From a virus (taxonomy: Duplodnaviria; Caudoviricetes), in IMG/VR virus record IMGVR_UViG_3300005077_000106, positions 1-37,312 of that record: a stretch of DNA of 37,312 nucleotides, one strand, 5' to 3'. The position numbers and the translations under genes are program-made. The notes under the pieces are model-generated. The model was not told where the DNA came from and did no database searches. It was given only the letters and a program-made list of their open reading frames with translations. Shown here piece after piece: positions 8,016 to 16,226 of this stretch (its first letter is position 1; each line of letters begins with the position of its first letter).

Positions 8016-8360
8016 CCGGCAATTTGCCGGTTTTTTGAATCCCGGCAATTTGCCGAGCCTCTCAAAAACTGAAAACACAGTATTTCCGATGGGTTGAGTT
8101 TGTGCCAATTTGCCGGGATGGTTGGGATATATAACTATTTTCATTCATAAAACCCAGATTCCTAACCCCCTATAATATATAGTATATATTATTATATATA
8201 TATATATATATTATATAGTAGTAGGCAGAGAAGAGTGAAAAACTATATATAACTACAATCCCGGCAATTTGGCAGAAAGTTAAAGTGTTATTTTTATTCA
8301 TCAATCGATTTTCGAAACCTTCGGCATTTTGCCGGGATTCGGTTTGCAGGCAATTTGCCG
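8016..8360. repeat. Putative replication origin: six palindromic iterons around an AT core
   Basis: CGGCAA(T)TTGCCG-like copies at 8016, 8042, 8104, 8261, 8322 and 8349; (TA)n core 8171-8220; abuts the primase-helicase stop codon. Confidence 0.8.
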
Positions 8361-8361
8361 A

Positions 8362-10203
8362 TTACTCATCCGCACATGCCGCACTTGCGACATCGGAAAC
8401 GAGCACATATTTCCCACGCCCCAAGGCGGAGGTACACAAAATACCCCTCTCCTTAAGGCTTAACACTATGTTCTCGAGCTTCCTTCTGGTCTTCCAGTCG
8501 GCAGCCTCTCCGTAAAGTTTCTTCACGATCTCGCCCTTTGATCTCGGCACCCCGTCCTGCATCAAGTCGATGACATCCATCGACCCCTCGCTCAAGTCGT
8601 CGGAAGCGTCGCCTTTGTACAACCAGAGCCCGTTTTCTTTCTGGAACTCTATGTCGTAGTACTTATCAGAGATATCTCTGCCATGTATTATGAGCTTGCC
8701 GGCCGTCTTCTCCCTGTCAGGCCGTCGGAGAAGGGCGATAGTGTCCGCTGCCCCTGTCAGCCCGATCGTGCCGGAAACTGCCTCTATGTCGTCGTCTGCC
8801 TCGCCTTTCCTGAGGTGGTGCACCACAACCATAGCGACCCTATACTCGTGGCAGATGGTCTGCAGGCTGCCGATATCCTCATACTCTGAGTAGTATGCAT
8901 TTCCCTTCGACTGCCTCTTGCCTTGTATCTTTCCCAAGGTGTCCAGTATTATCAGGGAGGTATCGCCGTTCTCGTCGAGCCATTTTCGCAGCATCGTAGC
9001 TGCGTGGGGCATGCTGGGCCACTCATTTACAAAGAACGCGTTCCGAGGTGCCTTCTCACCGTCCAGAAGCATCATCATCCTGCTCTTAAAACGCCTGGCT
9101 GAGTCTTCAAGTGAAACAGAGAGCACCTTGCCCTGTGCTGTCTTAAAGCAGCCCATCGCAGGTGTACCGTTTGCCACAGACAGGCACCAGCTCTGTGTTA
9201 GCCAACTTTTCCCGACCTTCGGCTTCCCGGCCAATATGCACAGGCCTTCTGGGAGCACACCCTCTATAACCCACCGCACAGGGTCCATCGCAACCTCCGC
9301 GAGTTGTTCAAACGTCCTCGAGATATCAAAATATCGTTTCGGGTCTGGCGCAGGGCCATACCAACTATTCGAGTAACTGCCCTGAGAGTTCCCCCATTTT
9401 ACGAGCTTCTCCACCTCGCCAAACGCAAGCGGTGGTGAGCAGTGCTGGGAGTTCCACGCCATAGCAGCATTCAATAACGCCGTGCCGGAGAGACCACTAT
9501 TGCGGAGCCGGCCTACCGTTTTAGACATAGCGCCGTGCCGTTGTCCCTTGGGGATACAAAGTGACTCGCCAGACGCCTGCTGCGCTGGTGCCGGAGCCTC
9601 TTTTTCCTCATAGGCCCGCAGCCGGAGGGACTCTGCGAGTTCATCCGTCTTGTGTATAACCCCAGGATTACAGTATTTCATCTGGGAGGTGTATGCCTCC
9701 CCTTTTTTATGCAGGAAGCCAGGGATCCGCATTACTCTGGGCAGGTCCTTGACTGACGGGTCTCCATTAAATTTCTTTGCCAGCGCTGTCTGTATGTCAG
9801 TGAACTTGTCTAGTGGGCAATCATCTACCAGCCAGTAGCCGTGGAATCGACCTGGAGACGATTCTATGACAATGTTGGGGATTGGGTTGGCACGTCTCAG
9901 GTTTTCGATAGGTGCGCCGTCCAGGTCTACGAAGACCGCCCTCACCTTCGTTATGTTCTCCTTTGATCTACCCTTGCCGTCTCCTTCGTTCACCACAATG
10001 TAGATCCCGGCACCCTTCATATTCTCGTCGATCAGCCACTTGGAGAGCTGTGAGAACTTGCCGTACTTCCACTGAGGGATTACGGTATTGCCTTTCGAGT
10101 CCTTCATGTCGTTGAAGGTCTGGAAGCAGGCCTCACCGCCACGCGTTATTGCGGCGATGTATTTCTCTGCGACCGCGAGGTCGATGGTTTTAGATGGCAA
10201 CAC
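8362..10203 (-). CDS. Primase-helicase (RepB-type AEP primase + PriCT + AAA_25 helicase)
   Basis: VFVDLD, ESSPGRFHGYW, PRVMRIPGF; Walker A GKPKVGKS, LIILDTL, VVHHLRK. Confidence 0.9.
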   Translation of the reverse strand: MLPSKTIDLAVAEKYIAAITRGGEACFQTFNDMKDSKGNTVIPQWKYGKFSQLSKWLIDENMKGAGIYIVVNEGDGKGRSKENITKVRAVFVDLDGAPIENLRRANPIPNIVIESSPGRFHGYWLVDDCPLDKFTDIQTALAKKFNGDPSVKDLPRVMRIPGFLHKKGEAYTSQMKYCNPGVIHKTDELAESLRLRAYEEKEAPAPAQQASGESLCIPKGQRHGAMSKTVGRLRNSGLSGTALLNAAMAWNSQHCSPPLAFGEVEKLVKWGNSQGSYSNSWYGPAPDPKRYFDISRTFEQLAEVAMDPVRWVIEGVLPEGLCILAGKPKVGKSWLTQSWCLSVANGTPAMGCFKTAQGKVLSVSLEDSARRFKSRMMMLLDGEKAPRNAFFVNEWPSMPHAATMLRKWLDENGDTSLIILDTLGKIQGKRQSKGNAYYSEYEDIGSLQTICHEYRVAMVVVHHLRKGEADDDIEAVSGTIGLTGAADTIALLRRPDREKTAGKLIIHGRDISDKYYDIEFQKENGLWLYKGDASDDLSEGSMDVIDLMQDGVPRSKGEIVKKLYGEAADWKTRRKLENIVLSLKERGILCTSALGRGKYVLVSDVASAACADE

Positions 10204-11831
10204 TACCTCCTTTTAGGGTATTTGTTGGGCGAAACACTCAAGTTGGGCTGCCAGAACACCGGAACACTTGCGAACTCGCAGGCAGAGGTAATATTCCACA
10301 CCCACTCCCATTTGGGTTGCAGTGCGGCTACCGTAGGTGTCCTCCTTCGTGGCCCGATGATGACCCAATCGAAAAGGTCATACCCCGCCTCTATCTGTAC
10401 CTCCTCAAGTAATGGCTCCATCTGCAGGAACCTTAGATTAGATCTGATATCCTTAAAAACCTCGACAGCATTCTCATACGACCGCTGGTCACAGGCAGAA
10501 GCCCCAAGCCACACGTTCTGGGGCCACTCAAACTCCGGATATCTTGCCGGGTTTCTGGTCGTAACCAAAAAAGTCCAGTGCTTGTTCTGCCCCATGGATT
10601 TTATGACGTCCAATACCCATTCCGGCGGGACAGTCTGGCAGAGCATGTCACCCATGTCGCACGTGATAACCTTTTTCGAAGAGTCTGTCTCGCTTGTAGG
10701 TGGGTGCGAACTGTATGGTGCACTGAGCATTTCGCGCCGTATGCGAGGCCTAAATCTCATCTCTGGTTCTTGTATTGCGTTTGCGTAGTGCACGTGCGCT
10801 TCCCATCTAGCGTAGCAGTAATTACAGCCGTAGTCACACCCGGTTATCGGGTTCCAGACCCAATCGGCGAGCCTAGCCTCGCCCCTGGTCCTCGTGAATA
10901 CCCTCAGCTCCTCGGCCTGGGTCTCTTCTACGAGGTTCTGCAGGTCTACGTTGTATTTTACGGACTGCTCGTTTAGTCCCTTAGCCTGCGCGACCGCATC
11001 TACGGGGCGCATAGTCCTGACAAGCTCCTCCTGGGTATCCCTTGGGAGCTTTGCTATCTCCGCTGCCCCAGAGATGGACAGGTCGCCTTTTTCCACCGCC
11101 TCTATCAGAGACGGGCACCCCTCGGAAACAACCACCTCGGCTCTCTTCTGTGTGCGTTCAGATCTCGGGACCCTGCCCCTGAGGAGGTCATATCCTGTTT
11201 TTATGGATATTTCGCCGTTAGCTACTTTGTCTCTTACCTCTTTGTTGCCAGATCTCTCAATAAAATCGACTCGCTCTACTGTGGTGTGTCCCACCCCAAC
11301 TATGTCTGCAATGATGTACGAATATCTGCCAACAGGTGTAGAACTATTTTCTTCATTTTCTGCTAAGTCCCCCCGGGGGGACTTAGCAGATCCATCCTTT
11401 TTTGTGTGCTGATTTCCTCTCCAGCCGTCAGAGGCCCCCCACCCCCTCTTCATACTCAGTAACCTAACGACACAATTATATATTTCCTTTTTCGTCAGGT
11501 TTCTCCTGAACTTCTGGAGCTTAATTGCGTATCCGGCGGCATCCTCGAGCGTCGGAAACTCCTTTAAGACCACCGGTACTTTTCTGATGTCTGCCCACGA
11601 AGCAGCGTCGGCGCGGGTGTGCCCATCGAGGATATACTCTGCGATCTCTGTGGTTCCGTCGTAGTTCTTGTGTATGGCCCATTCTCCGGTGCAGAGTATG
11701 ATGGGGGTGCTCTCGTCAAACCCGTTGGTGGTCATGTCCTCTGAGATAGCCAGCATCATCTCGCTGTCTATGGGGAACAGCGCCGCCAAGTCCGGGTGTC
11801 TTCGCAGGTCCAGGGTGTTCCTGTAGTCCAT
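10203..11831 (-). CDS. ParB/Srx-like domain + HTH fused to DUF5131 (Gp37/Gp68) radical-SAM-like domain
   Basis: Start MDYRN at 11831 (GGAG RBS). N-terminal ILDGHTR and RRNLT; C-terminal WNPITGCDYGCNYCYA, DMGD, NVWLGAS, EPLL, DWVIIG. Confidence 0.85.
   Translation of the reverse strand: MDYRNTLDLRRHPDLAALFPIDSEMMLAISEDMTTNGFDESTPIILCTGEWAIHKNYDGTTEIAEYILDGHTRADAASWADIRKVPVVLKEFPTLEDAAGYAIKLQKFRRNLTKKEIYNCVVRLLSMKRGWGASDGWRGNQHTKKDGSAKSPRGDLAENEENSSTPVGRYSYIIADIVGVGHTTVERVDFIERSGNKEVRDKVANGEISIKTGYDLLRGRVPRSERTQKRAEVVVSEGCPSLIEAVEKGDLSISGAAEIAKLPRDTQEELVRTMRPVDAVAQAKGLNEQSVKYNVDLQNLVEETQAEELRVFTRTRGEARLADWVWNPITGCDYGCNYCYARWEAHVHYANAIQEPEMRFRPRIRREMLSAPYSSHPPTSETDSSKKVITCDMGDMLCQTVPPEWVLDVIKSMGQNKHWTFLVTTRNPARYPEFEWPQNVWLGASACDQRSYENAVEVFKDIRSNLRFLQMEPLLEEVQIEAGYDLFDWVIIGPRRRTPTVAALQPKWEWVWNITSACEFASVPVFWQPNLSVSPNKYPKRR
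11359..11390. repeat. Perfect 32-bp palindrome inside the ParB-like gene
   Basis: TCTGCTAAGTCCCCCC|GGGGGGACTTAGCAGA. Confidence 0.95.
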
Positions 11832-11832
11832 G

Positions 11833-12012
11833 CTACTCCTCCACGCCGAGCGTTTTGAGCGCCATAACAAAAAGCTCAAGCTGTCCGAAACCGGTCTTCC
11901 GAAAAACCTCGGAAATTGAAGCTTTAGGGTTGAGCTCAATCAGCGGGTGCTTTTCCCCTCGCTGAGAGTATTGTATGTACTCAGTCATCTCTCTTTCGGT
12001 CAGCGCCTTCAT
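11833..12012 (-). CDS. 59-aa hypothetical protein
   Basis: Not in ORF track. GGAGGT RBS; MKALTEREMTEYIQYSQRGEKHPLIELNPKASISEVFRKTGFGQLELFVMALKTLGVEE; exactly fills the gap. Confidence 0.7.
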   Translation of the reverse strand: MKALTEREMTEYIQYSQRGEKHPLIELNPKASISEVFRKTGFGQLELFVMALKTLGVEE

Positions 12013-12013
12013 A

Positions 12014-12475
12014 TTACCTCCCGAACAGCCTCTTGAAGAATCCTATTTTTTGTGGCTTGTTGTTTTTTACGAAGGTCTCGAGCTCCTCCTTCTGTTTGGC
12101 TAGGAGCTCTATGTCGAGCATGAGTCTCGCCCGCTGTATTGTGAGGTTTGTTGTGTCTGTTTCTGTAATTCCTGGGTTAGTGTGTGCGGTTGTGTCTTGT
12201 GATTCCATTTTGATCAATCTGACAGCGGTGGAAACGGAATATCTTCCAGTCCTGACGCGCTCTTTTATATCCTCTCTGTTGCTGTCTATTATTGTCACGC
12301 AGCCCCGCACGAAGGTATGGCTGACGCCCAATTTCCTGCCCACTGACCCAGCTGACGGAATGAACTTCGTCATGTGCCCATATTTGCCGCCTGCCCTCAT
12401 AGGTCTATTTGAGTCTGGCTTGTATATCTTCTCTATCTTTTTGTAGGTATCCATAAAAGTTGAAGGGTCGTGCAT
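12014..12475 (-). CDS. HTH + coiled coil + C-terminal amphipathic helix protein
   Basis: VGRKLGVSHTFV HTH, leucine heptads, ends KIGFFKRLFGR. Confidence 0.75.
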   Translation of the reverse strand: MHDPSTFMDTYKKIEKIYKPDSNRPMRAGGKYGHMTKFIPSAGSVGRKLGVSHTFVRGCVTIIDSNREDIKERVRTGRYSVSTAVRLIKMESQDTTAHTNPGITETDTTNLTIQRARLMLDIELLAKQKEELETFVKNNKPQKIGFFKRLFGR

Positions 12476-12476
12476 C

Positions 12477-12806
12477 TCATGTCACCTTTCTGCTTGCGTC
12501 GATTATCCTATCCACCATATCCCACGGGTTATAGGACACAGATTCTATCTCGTCCCAGCTGTCCACTGATTGGAACAGGTCCTTTTTCTCTTCGATCTCC
12601 AACAGTATCCTGTCCAATTCCGCATCAAGTTCGTCCACCTTGGCTTTTTTGGGCATAACCCTACACCCCTCACAAAGTCTGAAGTTTTTTCCTTTAGATA
12701 TAAAGGGTTGGTTGCAGGACAGGCACAGCCTTACCGTTTCACTCTGTGCCGTTTCTTGATGGTCTATTACCTCCAAAAGCAGGGGTAATTTCTTCTGGTC
12801 TATCAT
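12477..12806 (-). CDS. Zinc-ribbon protein
   Basis: CLSCNQPF...RLCEGC. Confidence 0.7.
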   Translation of the reverse strand: MIDQKKLPLLLEVIDHQETAQSETVRLCLSCNQPFISKGKNFRLCEGCRVMPKKAKVDELDAELDRILLEIEEKKDLFQSVDSWDEIESVSYNPWDMVDRIIDASRKVT

Positions 12807-13152
12807 CCTTGGTAAACTCCTCTATTTCCCAGCCACCTCCTCTCTTCTTGGGTCGTTGGGTTATTGCGATGAAGCGAAACGGGAACAGTTTCGCAGCTAC
12901 CTTAATCTTCACTCTGGCGTCGTCGTGCCAGTATCCTTTTACCTCATGCACCTGCAATTCGTAGTTCGCAGTGCACACGAGAAAATCAGGGCAATAATAT
13001 GTCTTCTCGGCTAGTTTGAGTCTGATGGGCTCGAATGCCCACCAGACGATCTCTCCAGCGACAATAAGGCTGTCGAGGTGCTCGGCATATGCATTCTCTA
13101 GTCGATTCATGCCGTTCGACAACTTAACTGCTCTGGCGAATTTTCTCCCCAT
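12739..13152 (-). CDS. PD-(D/E)XK endonuclease (DUF1064-like, possible resolvase)
   Basis: LENAYA, YCPDF, HEVKG. Start MGRKF at 13152 with GGAGGAG RBS. Confidence 0.8.
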   Translation of the reverse strand: MGRKFARAVKLSNGMNRLENAYAEHLDSLIVAGEIVWWAFEPIRLKLAEKTYYCPDFLVCTANYELQVHEVKGYWHDDARVKIKVAAKLFPFRFIAITQRPKKRGGGWEIEEFTKDDRPEEITPAFGGNRPSRNGTE

Positions 13153-13199
13153 CTCTCCTCCATGAAAAGCCCCCGTGACCGTTTTGGTCAACGGGGGAG

Positions 13200-13228
13200 A
13201 GTGTAATATTATCTCAAAAAAGAGTCAA
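13200..13228 (-). promoter_or_regulatory. Sigma70-type promoter
   Basis: TTGACT, N17, TACACT in the gap after ssb. Confidence 0.65.
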
Positions 13229-13258
13229 GCGAAAAATGCACTTCGCACGAAACATTTT

Positions 13259-13651
13259 CTAGAACGGGATGTCGTCTGACGGCAGCAGCGGTGCGCCAGT
13301 AGGTTCTGGTGCCGCCGGGCTGCTTGCTCTGTCACTCCTCCCCCCTAGCAGGGTGAGCTCCTGTATCACTATCTCTGTAACATATCGCTTGGTGCCGCTG
13401 TTATCTTCATAGTTACGGTACGATATTTCCCCCCTCACAGCCAACTGAGACCCCTTGGTAACATACTTCTCGATTATTTCTGCAGTCTTCTCCCAGGCCA
13501 CAAGCTTGTGCCATGATGTTGTCTCGTTTCCGTTGTATTTCCTGGACGTAGCGAGAGACAGGCTCGCCACCCGTTTGCCGGTCTGGGTTTGTCTTATGGT
13601 GGGCTCATCACCTACCCTTCCCACCAACACCGCCAAGTTTATACCACTCAT
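13259..13651 (-). CDS. ssb: Single-stranded DNA-binding protein
   Basis: INLAVLVGRVG, SLATS, KGSQLAVRGEI, C-terminal DDIPF. Confidence 0.97.
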   Translation of the reverse strand: MSGINLAVLVGRVGDEPTIRQTQTGKRVASLSLATSRKYNGNETTSWHKLVAWEKTAEIIEKYVTKGSQLAVRGEISYRNYEDNSGTKRYVTEIVIQELTLLGGRSDRASSPAAPEPTGAPLLPSDDIPF

Positions 13652-14856
13652 TTAATTTCTCCTTTCATTTTTACTGGCCCAAATTTACGCTTTGATTCTT
13701 TACTTACCCCGAGCCCTAGTAACAGCGCTTTTAGCTCGTTATATTTTATAGGGAGCCTTTCGATCGATGTCTTTGATATACTTGCTACTCTCCCTATTTC
13801 TTCTACTGACATGCCGGAGTCTAGCATGGTTTGTATCACGAATCCGGTGTCAACAGTGTTTACGTCAGATTCGTGCCAGCCGTACATGGTGTCACCGATT
13901 TGGAATGGACCGTTCCTGTCCGTCCACTGCGCTGCGTTCTGCTTCACAACCTTAGCTGCGTTCTCTAGCTGCGTAGCTGCGAAATACGCACGCGCAGCTG
14001 TGTCTGCTGAGTTTATAATATCGCTGTGGTCGCGCATTGCGAAGAACGCCTCCTTATATTCCTTATAGTCAGGTAGTATCTCGTGGGTGGTGGCAGGTAA
14101 CCTTTGGGACAGCGGGCACTCTGCCCCGTGAAACACACAAGGCGTACCATACCATTTTACGCAGTGCTGTCCAGGGTTGGGCCTTGCTGGGGTAGTCCGG
14201 ATCTTCCTGATGATTGCCTCTAACCAAGCTAGTAGTGGGCTTTTGTTGTCGCAGAGGAACTCTGTTTTGCCGCTAGGCGAGGTTATCAACAGCTCTTTGT
14301 CTTTTTTGCTGAACTTGTATTCAGAGTGGAGGACGTCTCCAGATCTAACAAAAATAAGATTGAAATGCACCGTGCTATACTCTGGAAACATCGCATGCGC
14401 TAGCATCCCGCCATAAAGGTGGCGCTCGAATATATTGTCTTTCTGATACTTGCCTGTCTTCCAGTCGCTCACCACTACTATTTCTTTAGAGGGTATTGGC
14501 TCTACGATATCCAGGATCCCGTGCGCAATAGATTTTTTGGCGTCTGTGGTTATGTTGCCTTTTTTGTCTATGCTCACCCGGTTCTCAAATAGGGCCCGCT
14601 CTTTATCTACGACAGGGGAGAGCATAACCCCCTTAGCAAACAGAGATCGTACCTCGTCCGAGGATGCCATCTCCAGTGCCATAGGTTCAGAGATCCTCTC
14701 AGAGAGGACGCCCTCCAGTAAGTCATGTGTCTCTATCCCGTCGGCCGCAGGCTGCCCCCATGAGTCCTCAAGGCCCAGGTTCTTTAACGCATGCGCTTTC
14801 CATGGGCACTTGAGGAACACCTCATATTTACTTTTTGAGAGGGGTTGGAGGATCAT
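13648..14856 (-). CDS. Cas4/RecB-like PD-(D/E)XK exonuclease
   Basis: N-terminal CP, G..H, GILD, DWKTG, C-terminal PGQHC..C..CP (Fe-S type). Confidence 0.85.
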   Translation of the reverse strand: MILQPLSKSKYEVFLKCPWKAHALKNLGLEDSWGQPAADGIETHDLLEGVLSERISEPMALEMASSDEVRSLFAKGVMLSPVVDKERALFENRVSIDKKGNITTDAKKSIAHGILDIVEPIPSKEIVVVSDWKTGKYQKDNIFERHLYGGMLAHAMFPEYSTVHFNLIFVRSGDVLHSEYKFSKKDKELLITSPSGKTEFLCDNKSPLLAWLEAIIRKIRTTPARPNPGQHCVKWYGTPCVFHGAECPLSQRLPATTHEILPDYKEYKEAFFAMRDHSDIINSADTAARAYFAATQLENAAKVVKQNAAQWTDRNGPFQIGDTMYGWHESDVNTVDTGFVIQTMLDSGMSVEEIGRVASISKTSIERLPIKYNELKALLLGLGVSKESKRKFGPVKMKGEIK

Positions 14857-15827
14857 TTCAATACACTTGGTATGGCAGTGTTTTTGATGTAGGTGCGCAG
14901 CTCCTCCACTTTCTCGTCTGGCACATCGGAAAGGTCCTTGACTGCAAAGTGCGCTGCGCAGTTCGCAAAGACGGCGTTAATTTTCTCCTCGCTTGTGCCA
15001 ATAGAGCGCAACCAAGGGAGCACCTGACCTGTGAGGAGGGAGGATACGCCGGCGCTCCCTGCGCCCTCTGTGTATGATGGTTCAATTGGCTTTTTGGGTT
15101 CTGCGGGCTTAGAGAACTTGGGCTTTGGCTCTGCTACCCCGATTTCGAGCCATCTCTTCAGGACGCTACCCACATCGTCTCCAGGTTTGTTAAATACCTT
15201 ATTGTCAAGCTCGGCGCACCTGGTTTTTTCTATTATGAGGTTGTGGTTTGCGTCGAGGTCTCCCACGACATCAAACTCATAGTCGATGCCGTCCCTTTGT
15301 ATGGGGGCGAGTCCTATCTTCTTGGGCGTCTTCTTCCCGCTACTGTCGTCTATGATCCACTCGGTCTTTGTCCTCATGGTGCAGATGATGTGCATCTTTG
15401 ACTGCAGTATGGCATCAACCAGGGCGTTGTGCGCAGGGGTTACCTCCCTCCAAGCCGCCCAAGTATTGCCAGACTTCTGCCTGGTATTCGCAGCGTTCAC
15501 CATCTCTAGCGCGCCACCCTTACCTGACCACGCGTGAGAGAGCGAGTCAATGATCAATACCTCGAACCCCTCTGTTTCTGCTTCTTTTATAGCCGCTACA
15601 TACTTAGACGGCTGGAAGTCGTCCTCCAGCGGGCACACAAAGAACTCAAAGGATCCGGGCTCGCCTCCCGCATACTTTTCCGCACTCCCTCTCTCTGTGT
15701 CAATTAATGCTATTTTGTTTCCGAGCGACTGTGCTATGCGAAGAGCAGTGTATGTTTTGCCACTTCCCGAAGGCCCAACTAGGGCCATCCGCAGCCGGCT
15801 CTGACTGCGTTCAGCTTTTCTGAACAT
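14853..15827 (-). CDS. Sak4-like AAA_24 recombination ATPase
   Basis: GPSGSGKT, IDTERGS, IIDSLSHAW, YEFD. Start MFRKA at 15827 with AAGGAGG RBS. Confidence 0.88.
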   Translation of the reverse strand: MFRKAERSQSRLRMALVGPSGSGKTYTALRIAQSLGNKIALIDTERGSAEKYAGGEPGSFEFFVCPLEDDFQPSKYVAAIKEAETEGFEVLIIDSLSHAWSGKGGALEMVNAANTRQKSGNTWAAWREVTPAHNALVDAILQSKMHIICTMRTKTEWIIDDSSGKKTPKKIGLAPIQRDGIDYEFDVVGDLDANHNLIIEKTRCAELDNKVFNKPGDDVGSVLKRWLEIGVAEPKPKFSKPAEPKKPIEPSYTEGAGSAGVSSLLTGQVLPWLRSIGTSEEKINAVFANCAAHFAVKDLSDVPDEKVEELRTYIKNTAIPSVLK

Positions 15828-15843
15828 AGGTCCTCCTTCTTTT

Positions 15844-16041
15844 TTAATTGATCTCAACGATCCTGTGTGTTATGTTGTGTCGAGAGGAAAGCAGGAATGC
15901 GTCGATATCGTTACGAGAAATCCGAACAGATCTTCCGACAGAGTAAAAAGGTAGACGCCCCCCGGCTCTTAGTCTTTGGATCGTTTTTTTGCTCACCCCG
16001 AGAAAATCCGCTGCCTGTTTTTCCGATAAAAAATCCTTCAA
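15844..16041 (-). CDS. Excisionase-family HTH protein (HTH_17)
   Basis: FLSEKQAADFLGVSKKTIQRL..GRLP...GRSVRI...DIDAFL. Confidence 0.9.
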   Translation of the reverse strand: MKDFLSEKQAADFLGVSKKTIQRLRAGGRLPFYSVGRSVRISRNDIDAFLLSSRHNITHRIVEIN

Positions 16042-16092
16042 ACCTCACCTCTGGACTGGATTTTATTTTTTTTTGGATTAGTTAAAAAAAGC

Positions 16093-16122
16093 TTGACAGG
16101 TAAATGACATATGAGTTACTGT
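16093..16122 (+). promoter_or_regulatory. Lysogenic promoter for repressor-integrase
   Basis: TTGACA (16093-16098), N18, TACTGT; A/T tracts upstream. Confidence 0.6.
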
Positions 16123-16169
16123 GTAGGTAACGGTAACAGACTCTTTTTCCATGAGTCGCTCAGGGGGAC

Positions 16170-16198
16170 ATTATAGCAAATATCGTGTCCCCTGTCAA
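16170..16198 (-). promoter_or_regulatory. Early lytic promoter, perfect consensus
   Basis: TTGACA (16198-16193), N17, TATAAT (16175-16170); overlapped by inverted repeat GGGGACA...TGTCCCC. Confidence 0.9.
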
Positions 16199-16226
16199 GA
16201 GCAAATCGCAAGCCGCGGAGGTATAA

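Noticed and set aside
8016-8360. CRISPR array
   Set aside because: Repeats are only 12-17 bp, irregularly spaced and mirror-arranged; no cas operon.
11359-11390. Protelomerase telRL site
   Set aside because: It lies inside an intact CDS, is GC-centred, and the only tyrosine recombinase looks like a normal integrase.
11832-11939. N-terminal extension of the ParB fusion in the ORF track
   Set aside because: Overlaps a better-supported 59-aa gene; an RBS supports the start at 11831.
13648-14856. CRISPR-associated cas4
   Set aside because: It sits between a Sak4-like ATPase and ssb, the usual phage recombination module.
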